Source: Eledone cirrhosa
Lineage: Eukaryota
Direction: 5' to 3'
Length of the DNA: 64,000 bases
Assembly: GCA_964016885.1 (NCBI GenBank)
Contig: OZ024743.1
Coordinates: forward strand, 12,834,001-12,898,000
In this document: positions 38,076-49,599 of the stretch, piece by piece
How the letters are laid out: every line of letters begins with the position of its first letter
Numbering within the stretch: position 1 is the stretch's first letter
Translations under genes and position numbers: made by a program
Notes under the pieces: generated by a model
What the model was told of the DNA's origin: nothing
The model's input: the letters and a program-made list of their open reading frames with translations, nothing else
Databases searched by the model: none

Positions 38076-39619
38076 TGTATGAATACAAATAATAACTGAC
38101 AACTTTATTCACTGAAATAGTATAATTAGAAATTATAGAATTATCCGATTTATGTAAATATAAAAAAAAAAAAATGAATTTGAACTCTTAATCATACAAT
38201 GATGCACAGTTAGAGGATATGTTAGCCCGAAGCGACCGTGTCTATGTAATATGAATTACATTTTAGTGAATTAAAATCAAATTTTTAATTAATTAGAAAA
38301 AGAATTGCAATTGGACAATGATGATCTTCCAGTCTACACTCACTGAATAAAGACTTAAAATAAAATACACAGAAAAGTATACAAGCACACGGAAATGAAA
38401 AAAAAGAATCCCCCAAATCATTATGCACTGAAATGCAGACTCGGTGGAGAGAGAAAGAAGAGAGGGTGAGGAGTGTAAAAGAAGAATGGCTGAGAAGATA
38501 ATTCAAATCTGGAAGGTCAAAAATGACACTCGGTTCGCTACAAATTTCCACTTGATCAACAGTTTTAGCGACGTAAAACGATGCAATGTTAATAGGAGAG
38601 CGATTATTTCCCGGAGTCCGTATTTTTTAGCACTTTTAAGTATCACCAATTATAAACGTACACACTGATTTAATTTTTTTCTTTATTAATTTCTCATTGA
38701 TATTTATGAGAAATTAATAAAAAATAATTAAATGAATAAATAAACAAATTGTGATGTATAATATAATTAGCAGAACATAAAAGTACCAAAACCTTCGGTC
38801 TCAGAATATCGATTCAACATCCGAACACTTATATTAGACTTGTTCTCGCTCGCAGTAAAATATTGTTAGTCGATGTCAATAGTGTTGCATCTTCCTCATA
38901 ATGACCAGTGATATAATAAAACTGTTGCGATAACCAAACAGTAGCCATTATATTTATATTTATTTATTTATTTATTTGTTTATAGATATCGTAATTTGTG
39001 AATAATAACATCGTTCGTTACAGGTTTCCAATGTGCCAATGTCTGGTTCACTGCATTTCTGATAGTTACAATAATTGTCTGCAACTTGGTGTGTCTAAAA
39101 GAAACCAGCTCGTAAAACATATTTGTTTTGGTTTTCTCGCCGATGTTTTTACAGCCTTTAGCGATCAATATTCGCAAAAGACACACACACACACACAAAC
39201 AAACGTACATATATGTATATATTTAATAGGCGACGTGTTACTTAATTATAACGATGCACCTCGGTGTTTTGTGTATGTGGTTTTTGTTATGTCTATGCAA
39301 CGGTTCATAGGGAAATACATTCAGTCACTACGTATTTGTAGATCTTTATGACTATTTTGTGTTGTTAGTGTCTGTGGTTGAGGTTTGGTGGTCGGTATTC
39401 TTGTATGTAAACCTTCTTGGCGGTTTGTACGGTGCTTCAGATGTCGGTATTAGTGCGCGGTATGTGCTTTTTGTTGTGCTCAGTATAAAGCGCTTGCTGT
39501 TATATCATTTATTAGTGTTGAAGGGGATAATTATTTATGTTTGGTGAAGTGGTTTTAGTTTAATTATAAATTATTATTATGTAATCTTTTGTCTTTTCAA
39601 TTATACTGTGTTATATGTA

Positions 39620-40964
39620 CTAGCAGAAAAACCACCCTTCGGGTGGTTTCTGCTAGCATGTGTAGTGTGTATATTGATATTATACGCAGGTATATTTACA
39701 TGTAGATATGATACATCAAATAAAATCGTAATTGACAATATATAATACATAGAAATTGAACGAAGACTGTGTTACACTGTTTTATTTAATCAGTAACGTA
39801 ATCCACGATACATTAAAAAAGACGATATTATATATAAACTGAATTAGGAGAAAATTAGTGACAGAAAATTAGTATGTTTATTTAAGCGATGGCCAACCGG
39901 AAGTGTTGACATTTCAGATATTTTAAAGAAGTCCCGCGCTCCTTACTTTATTATTGTTTAGATGAGTTTAAAAAAAAAAGAGTTAATAAATAAATAAAGA
40001 GTTAATTAATAAATAAAACGTTATACTTGTTTTACCCTCCCATTTCCAATTAAACCGAATGCTATCATGACTGTACGTGTGTGTTTGCGTAAATGTATAT
40101 ATATGAATGTATGTATGTTTGTGTAAATGTATATGTGTGAATGTATGTATGTTTGTGTAAATGTATATGTGTGAATGTATGTATGTTTGTGTGAAAGTAT
40201 GTGTGAATGTATGTAAATTTGTGTGAAAGTATACCCTCCCATCTCCAATTAAACCGAACGCTATCATGACTGTATGTGTGTGTTTGTGTAAATGTATATG
40301 TGTGAATGTATGTACGTTTGTATGAAAGTATATGTGTGAATGTATGTATATTTGTGTGAATGCATGTGTATTTGTGTGAATTATGTCCGTGAGAGTGTAT
40401 TTTTATAAGTTTGTGTTTGCGCGATTATAGTTATATATACTCATAATAGTTATATACTCATACATATAGATGTATGTGCACAATCATACGCGTCAGGTGT
40501 AGAAAATCATAATCTCTCTATCTCTCTCATCACAAACTCTCTCTTTCTATTTATATGGTAGTTGAAATGGTGGTAGTGGCGACGATATACCGGAAGTGAA
40601 ACTTTGAAAAGAAGTCAATTTGAAATTATTTATTTTTACGAAATTATTTTTGTTTACGAAATTGAGTACATAAATTATGTAATAATCATTCATTTGGCAG
40701 TATCGGTAGAGGGTCGGACGCCATGCTTTCCAGCATAGTTACGTCCCTTTACGATCTGAGTTCAAATCCCGCCGAGGTTGACTTTGCCTTTCATCCTTAC
40801 GGGGTCGATAAAATAAAGTACTAGTAATGCACTGGATAATTACTGGCCTTGTGCCAAAAGTAGAAACAAATATTTATTCAAAGTAATCCAACTTATTTTA
40901 CAAACGGGATAAAAAAAAATAAACCGTACGCAATCCCGCAGACCTTCCTTTATTATAGTTTAGA
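39620..40964 (-). mobile_element. non-autonomous Helitron
   Basis: On the minus strand the 5' end is A|TCTAAACTATAATAAAG. The 3' end is the hairpin CCACCC-GAA-GGGTGG followed by TTTTTCTG-CTAG|T. No TSD; internal TGTA/TGTG-rich repeats. Confidence 0.72.
40695..40870 (+). mobile_element. SINE family A nested in the Helitron
   Basis: Head, core and tail match. Confidence 0.85.
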
Positions 40965-41020
40965 TATTTATGGTATTGTGGTTTGTTAATAAGTTTGCCT
41001 GTCTAAGGGGGAATTATTGT

Positions 41021-41206
41021 GGTGGTGGATTGGCAGTATCAGTAGAGGGTCGGACGCCATGCTTTGCAGCATAGAGTTACGTCCCTTTACGATCTGAATT
41101 CAAATCCTGCCGAGGTTGACTTTGCCTTTCATCCTTACAGGGTCGATAAAATAAAATACCAGTAATGCACTGGGGTAATTGCTGGCCTTGTGCCAAATAT
41201 AGAAAC
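41021..41206 (+). mobile_element. SINE family A with 9-bp TSD
   Basis: AATTATTGT at 41012-41020 and 41207-41215. Confidence 0.85.
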
Positions 41207-41221
41207 AATTATTGTCGTGTA

Positions 41222-41405
41222 CCTTGCTTTGCCGCATAGTTTCGTCCTTTTGCGTTCTGAGTTCAAATCCCGTCGATGTTAGTTTTGCCTTTCATCCTTA
41301 CGGTGTCGATAAAATAAAGTACCATTAACGCACTGGGGTCGATTTAATCGACTTTCCCCTCCCCCCAACATTTCTGGTCTTGTACCTAGTGTAGAAATCA
41401 TTATT
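41222..41405 (+). mobile_element. SINE family A, longer and older variant
   Basis: Same core plus an extra segment gtcgatttaatcgactttcccctcc before the tail. Confidence 0.75.
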
Positions 41406-43090
41406 GTAGTGTTGCCGATAGTGGGGATGTTTTAGTAAATATGAAATATATTTTAGTGGATGCTGCTCAAGTGCATTAATGATACGTTAGTAAATGTATA
41501 GAGTAATATTGGTTCACTTGTTTGTTGTAGTTATTGCTATTATTTTAGCATCACAGATGTATCAGTGTATTATTATGCTGAGTGTGATCTTTGCGGGGGT
41601 AACTTGTGTCAGGCATGATGTTATAGGCCTAAGGGTATTCTGTGAGTAACTGTGTGTCTCTTAGCCACAAAGATACAGCTGAGGATACAGCTTTACAACT
41701 TGAAAGTAATATTCTACGCGCCGTTTTTCAGATGTGTTAGAATGGTTGGTTATAGCATTACATTTTTATGCAAGATGCTTCTTTCACGGCATTTGATATT
41801 TTGGTTAGAGCAGTCGCATTGCCGTCTTATGAATATGTCGTGGTCTGGGTATGTTGTACTAGAGTTAAGATTTGTTAGGTTAGATGAAGCGATTTTATAG
41901 ATAAGAACGTTTAATAATGTTTCTATTGATTACCTTATGATTGCGATGTTGATGCCATGGCTGGTTGGGTTGTCTATTAATGTAGCGCAGCATCTCTTTC
42001 GATTTGCATTGACGATAAAAGAATACGTTCCGAAGATTGAGACTCACAATAATAATGTTAGTGGTTGTAAGGTATGTTAGGATAATAATTTAAAAACCTA
42101 GATCTTTTAGAAGCTCCTTTCATACTAAGTGAGAGGTGCTAAAGTTGAAGTCAATGAGGGTCTCCAGTCAGTTGTCGCGATACAGACTCATTTCGAGGGA
42201 GAAACGTGTATCTATCGTTCTCTGGAAGATGTAAATCCGGTTCAAGTCTGATATGTCGGTCGAGTTTGTTGCTCCCATGGTGATATCGAAATATATTTAT
42301 CATATAGTAGAACCATTTTCTAACGTAGAAGATGATATTGATATCTTAGTCGCTGACTGAAGAGAGGATGATACTGCGGGTTTGTTCTAATTCAGCTTCC
42401 AGTAGAGGTTGTGTAATCGATCAATAGTAATTTTCTTAGTCGAAGTGTATAAATGTTGTGTACGGTTTGTTTTTAATATTTTGGAACCAGTAGATGACCA
42501 GTAGTCTAGAGGCTGAGCCAGGTTTGTTTTTGATATTTGGTAAGATTTTAATCAGGATAGTTTCATTAATTCTTCTGACGTCTGACTTCGTTAAGGTGAT
42601 TAACCAGCTTTTCTTGGGAAGTGATGTTTATAGTCATTAAGAGAGAAATACGTCAACCGAGTGTTGAACGGTTCAGTCCGGTCCTAGATATTTAGGTTCA
42701 CCATTTATCTCATTAATCATATGTAAATGTGACTTGCAATACATCGAAGAATACATGAAGATAATTATAATGAAACCACGTCACCAGAAACAAATACTTT
42801 AATACTAGAAAATGAAGTAACTGTAAATGCCATATATTGCTCGCAAAAAACATATACCACACACCATTAACCAATAACGACATCTGACTTACCATAAACG
42901 ACATCAGAAAGGTTTACACGCAAACACACCGACCACCAAACTCCGAACACATAGAAACAACACAATATAGACATACACACTTACAAATACTTAGTGACAG
43001 ATTTATTGAAGTTACTTCACTAGATACCATTACATACACTACAAGCGAAACCCATGACAAAACATATAGAGAGAACCACTCAGATGCTTC

Positions 43091-43157
<67 letters not shown>

Positions 43158-43482
43158 TATGCGTACAAACTAATGAAAGAGGAGAGAGAGAAAATTAGTT
43201 GTGAGAATTATATGCCGGTAGTTAATATGTCGATTAGTATGCTTCACGTTTTACATTTATTGTAGTCCCTATCTTCAGTGACATGAATTTTTGAATTCTA
43301 TATTTATTTTATTTTCGGTTCTGAAGACGAGACCATATCACTGTTTAGTCTTATTATCATTCGTTCTCATCAATTATATAATTGATAATTGTCATTTGTA
43401 TGTGCTGGATTCTGATACGATTTTTGAAACAATTGTAAGCGATTACATATATTTATTCAAGAACTTGGTATTATTTTCTCTA

Positions 43483-43583
<101 letters not shown>

Positions 43584-43625
43584 TATATATATACACACAC
43601 ATATATATATATATATATATTTTAA

Positions 43626-43902
43626 GGCCAGTTCCTACAATGGCCCCATACCAGCTGCGTACGATTTGTTAGCCCCGAGAACAAGATTGTTCAACCTGTA
43701 CCGGAAAATGTTTACTCAAAAAGGTAATTCCAGATTATCCGCGCTCTTGGTTTTGGGGTTCTTCTCTCTTTCTCTATTCTTCTGCATTTTTCTTTTTGAA
43801 TAAACATTTTCCTGTCCATTTTCTTCGACACAGTGTAACAAATTGGTCCTCATGTCTAATGAAACGTACGTACATGGTATGGAGCTATTGTAGTAACTGG
43901 CC
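43626..43902. mobile_element. PIF/Harbinger-like MITE
   Basis: TAA|GGCCAGTTCCTACAATGGCCCCATACC ... GGTATGGAGCTATTGTAGTAACTGGCC|TTA. Confidence 0.65.
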
Positions 43903-43972
43903 TTATTAATCATGTTAAAACTAGCCCTACGGACTAGATTTGCTCTTTATTTTGGATATTGTTATCTACCTG

Positions 43973-44026
43973 TTACTACTACTACTACTCCTCCTCCTCC
44001 TCCTCCTCCTCCTCCTCCTCCTCCTC

Positions 44027-44110
<84 letters not shown>
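43973..44110. repeat. compound (TAC)n(TCC)n(TAC)n(TA)n microsatellite
   Basis: Directly visible. Confidence 0.9.
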
Positions 44111-44111
<1 letters not shown>

Positions 44112-44242
44112 GTGGTAGAACACTGGAAGGTAATATCCGTAGTGGTAGAGCTCTCAGTCCGTGGGACGAGTTAGGTGGAAGTGGTTACATCACCATACCG
44201 AGAACAATTGTTTCACCTTAGCGGTGAACTAACTGTGTAACC

Positions 44243-44642
<400 letters not shown>

Positions 44643-44879
44643 TTCAGAACCAAGCAGCGAAACTATCAGGAGTGCAATTTTTATCATTCATCTGAAACTT
44701 TAATTGGATTCTGAATTAAACTGTTAATACAAACAAATATATATAGACACAACGAAGCATATTAAGCGCATTTTAGTTTTGGTTGCACACCCATCTATAC
44801 ATACATACATACATACATACATACATGCTATACTTAAAACATACATACGCACATCTATCTATCTACCTATCTATTTTAG

Positions 44880-45370
44880 CGTTTATCTTGATTGATTTTC
44901 TACTGCGTTTGATATAATGTTGATTTTATTGTTTATATGTGTAGTAAGTTTTTCATTATAAATATCTTCAAGATCTTGATTTGAAGCTTGGAAACGATTA
45001 TCATTTACTTGGCTCTCCTTTTCTAATAATGCATTTTGTACTTCCTGAACTGATGTTTCCCATTGTACACGTTGCTTTTTTCTTCTCTATGTTTGGTATT
45101 GATTGCACAGCAGGTTCTTTATGGGTAAGCATCAACTTTTATATATTTCGTCAGCATTTCCTTCTTCGGCGTTTGCCTGTAGTGTATTGAAACGGTTTCT
45201 GGCTTCAGTTGTGTGTGTGATTTTGACAGTATCATCGCTTAGCCGTTTATTTAAATCATATTCCCTTTTCATTTTGGTTTGAATTTTGTGCAATTTTAGA
45301 CTCAGTCTTATTTTTGCAGGAACAATTTATGGTCGAAATTTACAGATTTTAGTGTGTTATAAGCTTAACA
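44880..45370 (-). pseudogene. RTE-clade LINE fragment (APE end and linker)
   Basis: Minus strand, with frameshifts: FDH.IVPAKIRLSL, NRFNTLQ...IYKS, THKEPAVQSIP. Confidence 0.55.
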
Positions 45371-45399
45371 TTTAGCACACACCTTCTCCATTTCTTTAT

Positions 45400-45700
45400 T
45401 AACTTATCGAAGAGAGTTGCAAACAAAATGGGTGTTATTTAGAAATCAAACATAAACACCAAACTAAAGGTTAAATTCTTTCGATCTACAGTTGAAAGTT
45501 TGCTTGTATATGGAGTGGAGTACTGGACACTAACAAAAGCGAGGATAGTAAAAAATGTGTTTTGGAGAGAACACAGAACAAACGTGCCTCTATACGGTGA
45601 CCTGAGACCGATTACAGACGCCATAGAGGCTAGAAGACTCGGTCTTATATCACACATGGTGAGGAGATCAAGTAGAGGCATTACACCAGTGACTGCTATG
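45400..45700 (+). pseudogene. RTE-clade LINE fragment (post-RT)
   Basis: KLKVKFFRSTVESLLVYGVEYWTLTK...WREHRTN..LYG.L.PIT..I..RRL.L..H..R. Confidence 0.65.
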
Positions 45701-45734
45701 GCAACTCACTATATATACATACATATATATATAG

Positions 45735-47720
45735 CAACCTGTCTAGGGATCTAACAGGCTGTACAATAGATGTAGTGTCCCTATACCCATCCATCGACGT
45801 TAACTTTGCTGTGGAAAAATGCGTAGAAATGATCTGCGAGAGCGATGTGGAATTCCACGGGATTGATACCAGTGAGCTGGGATTCTTACTTAAACTCATA
45901 TACAATAAGGATTATTTAGACACACATGACTTCAGCAGCTTCTGCCTCACAAGGTCAGAAAGAGACAGACCACCAACCATTACCTCAATGACCAAGAAGA
46001 CCCATAGATAAAGATGGAGTGGGTGGACCAGCGCAACACGGGCCCCCGAAAACCATGATGAATTCAAGAAAATGATCGCACATGCGTTGGGGGCCAGTAT
46101 AAAAATAATCCTTAAGGAACATATGTTCAAGTTTAATGGCAAAATATATGCCCAAGAGAAGGGGCAGCCATTGGCGTTAGCATTGCAAGTGACATAGCTA
46201 ACCTCTTTATGGTATTGTGGGTCAGATGACTTAAGGAACAATTAGACGGCAATTTTATAACCCTGGCTATGTAATCCCGCTACTTAGATGACATAAACAT
46301 CATAGTAAAACGACCCCTACAGGAAAGAGTCAGGAATTAGAGAAGAACACCATGGAAATCATCCAGTAAATAGCTAACTCCATCCACCAGAGTATTAAAG
46401 TTACTATAGACTACCCAACTAAATACCCCAACCATAGATTACCCGTACTAGACACAGAACACTGGTTGGAAACTATTAGTAATAGAACACAAATCCTCTA
46501 TTCGCATTATGCCAAACCCATGACCTCCAAATACCTGATCTACCGAAACTCAGCTGTTTTGGATCACATAAAAATCAATATACTGATTGCAGACATAGTA
46601 AGAGTGATGATGAACGTGTCACGCATATGCAACCCTAAATAATTAGAGAGACACATACAACACTTCATCCACCGCATGCAGTTCTCTGGCTACAATTAGA
46701 GAGACAAGGGGTATATCAAGGAGCCAGAACCATAGGGCAAAGATTGTAGAAAATGATGCAAATGGGACTTGCCCCATGTATAGGAACAAAGTTTGGAACA
46801 AAATAGAAAGGATTAGGAATAAGGCAAATAAAATCAACTATGATAGCAATAAATACCAGAGTGTAATGTTCGTCAATACAACCCCTAAAGGCGAACTAGC
46901 TTACAGATTTAGAAGGGCGCTAGACAGGCTCAAATTATATATTAAGATAGTCGAAAGACCAGGTATTCCCATAAAAACCTTAATTAGTAAAACATACCCA
47001 TTTCAAAAATCCTCCTGTGCTGATAGGGAATGCATACTCTGCAAAATAAGCCTGTAAACTAACTGCAAAACTAGGAACGTAGCATAAAGCATAAGATGTA
47101 GTGAGAGACAGTGTAGGAATAAGAATATAACATACATAGATGAAACAGTCCGTGGCTTAGGAGAAAGGATAAGTGAACACTGGCGATAACTCCAGGATGG
47201 GAAAAACTCATCAGTACTCCACCAACATGTCAAAAAAGAACATAGGCGCACATTAGAGAACATAGAGATAAAAATTATATCTATACATAGAAAAGATGCA
47301 ATGCTCAGACAAATCACAGAGGCGACAAACATAAACGAACTCCAGCCAAAATTAAACAGAAAATATGAGAGGAATAGCAACATCACAACTAGTAATTAAG
47401 GACAAAATGAAGACATACAGACACACACAAAAACCAAACTAACAAAAAATATCAAACACACACATAGAACAAACAACCAATTAGTGACAAGTAAATAAAC
47501 ACATAGATAAATAAAAAAAATAAAAAAAACACACACACGGATGTAGCGCATGCGCAAACTAAGCACACAACACACAAAAACAAGATAATGTAGCACAGAA
47601 AAGGGACACAAAAGAAAAGCCTAGTCACTGAAGAGGTCACAGAATGTGTGACGAAAGAGCTTTGACAATATATAAACAATCATCCGGTTATCGAACCAAC
47701 CAACCGGAAATTTATAATAA
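45735..47720 (+). mobile_element. 5'-truncated, decayed Penelope-like element (RT + GIY-YIG)
   Basis: DVVSLYPSI, IANLFM, RYLDDI, LPVLD, HYAKPMTS; GIY-YIG relic CKTRNVA.SI.C..C....YIDET.R.LGERI.EH ... RQITEA..I....P.LN.KYE. Starts next to (TA)n; hammerhead motif in the 3' region. Confidence 0.85.
47624..47666 (+). ncRNA. minimal type I hammerhead ribozyme of the Penelope-like element
   Basis: Stem I GTCA/TGAC; CTGAAGA; stem II GTCAC/GTGAC; GAAA; very short stem III (A-GAGC-T); CTT triplet. Confidence 0.7.
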
Positions 47721-47857
47721 ATTGAAGTGAAAGCCAACAGGCGTGTTTTTTTTGCTAGCATGACCCCCCCAAAGTACAACAATATCTGTTTCAACACACG
47801 TTTTCATATAAGAAATCTTGCAAAACAAATTCAAAAACGAAGTATATATATATATTT

Positions 47858-47895
<38 letters not shown>

Positions 47896-48057
47896 TTAAA
47901 ACAACAGAAGGTTGGACTGTAAAGTTTTAATGTTGCAGAAAATACTATATATATAATTTCAATGACCTAGTTAGGTAAGACCCTGGTGAAATCACCCCCC
48001 CCCCCCCACACACATAAACAATTATATTTGCAAAGTATTGGTCCACTCGAAGCTTAT

Positions 48058-48150
48058 CTAAGAAGATACTTGCTTATGGTGCTGCGTAGTGAGATCTAAT
48101 CCGAAAAATCGTGATTGTAAAGCGAATATCCTAACCACACAACTATACTT
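48058..48150 (-). mobile_element. degenerate tRNA/CORE-type SINE head
   Basis: Minus strand tagttgtgtggttagg...cggattagatctcactacgcagcaccataagcaagtatcttct. Confidence 0.4.
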
Positions 48151-49599
48151 GCACGCATAACATCAATACAACCATACTGGTTTCAGAGTATTTTGATAAT
48201 CAGACATTTAAGGAATTGAAGCGAAAACTAAATGGATTTATGCATTGAAGAATCTAACAGTGTTTACTGAACAAATGGAATCAGTCTGCTAAAAATGAAA
48301 AATACGAACAAAGTACAGAGAGATATTTGTCACTCATCCGCTTAACTCTATGATAAACCAAATTTTAGCGATCATCTTTGTTTGTGAAAGAATAGAATTT
48401 GACTAGAGAAAGAAAACCGATGTATAAATCTTGAAGATATAAAATACAATCCTTGAATTGTTAGATTTATCAAATAATGATATTTATCATAGAGTATCTC
48501 CTATAACAAAATATTTAGATACCAGAGTGTTGTAGTTTGCTTGAAGCATTGTTGATTAGGAAATATTAATTTAAATAATAAAATAAAAACCATACAATGC
48601 ATAGAAAATTAAAGGTGGCAAACAACAATATAAAGATTTCTTCGTTGCTGTTGTTTTTATTGCTGTCTCTATTGATACAGATGATAACAACTGCTATTGC
48701 TGGCACTGCAATTGCGGAAGGCTCTCCATTTTATTTTCCAAGCAGTTGCTTCTGGCATACATTTTCATTCTCACTTCTCATGGTATAGTTCTTGCATTTT
48801 CGAAATCCTTTAAGAAGCTGCCACCTTTAATAAGCGTTTTATACCATAAGGCAGTCAATTTAGTTGAGACAAATACAAGAATACCAGATCTCTACAGCAT
48901 AAGTAAAATTTCTCGAACTGTTTGTGTTTCTGTTGTAACACACATGCGTTTCTGCACGGAAGTTGACATCTTGAGGCCTTCTTCATCAAGTATATACTTT
49001 TTATGTCACACAGAATATTTTTTGACGATTCATATTTGGTTGGTTGTGCTAGTTTTGGGCATTGAAGTTCCATAAATGGAAGAAAACTCTATATTTCGAA
49101 AGGTAGCTATAACCATGTTGTTAAGAGGTTTGTTTCGTGTTATGGGGTTCCAGTTTAGATCCCACTGTGCGCCACTACGTGAGAACATTTTAGTTGACAG
49201 AAACTGTGTGGAAGCCCATTGATTGAGTTGTGTCTGTTCTATGTAGTATACTGGATTTATTGTCCAGGTGTTTACCCCCAGTGAGTCTTTAGGTGCAAGT
49301 ATTCGAAGAAGGTCTCCTGCCCAAGGACAACCAACACGTCTGCCTATTTTTCTGGAGTGTAAACAGGTCCAGGGCCATGATCATCCTCTTCTGACTAAGA
49401 CATAAATGAGTATGTTCTAGTTGTTTTAAATGTTGTTGATGATGTAGTGAATATTGTTCTTAATATGTTAGTTGTTATGCACGTTGTTGTGGAAGTGGCT
49501 GTATATGTTGTTGATGTGTATTCCATCAGAAGATGTATATATTGTTGTAGTTGTGAATATTATTGAAGTTGTGGCTGATATTGACGATGCAGTTGGGCA

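Larger units (their letters stand above)
39290..43090 (-). mobile_element. highly decayed Penelope-like element with an inverted tail copy
   Basis: Minus-strand motif relics in the expected order: FDITMGAT (~42290), KNV.CYNQPF (~41770), NTL...MP...HN (~41640), SPLD (~41010). 42840-43090 is a diverged inverted copy of 39290-39480. Confidence 0.5.

Noticed and set aside
46226-46232. In-frame TGA as selenocysteine in the Penelope RT
   Set aside because: The same ORF has several TAA/TAG stops and frameshifts, so simple decay (e.g. CGA>TGA) is sufficient.
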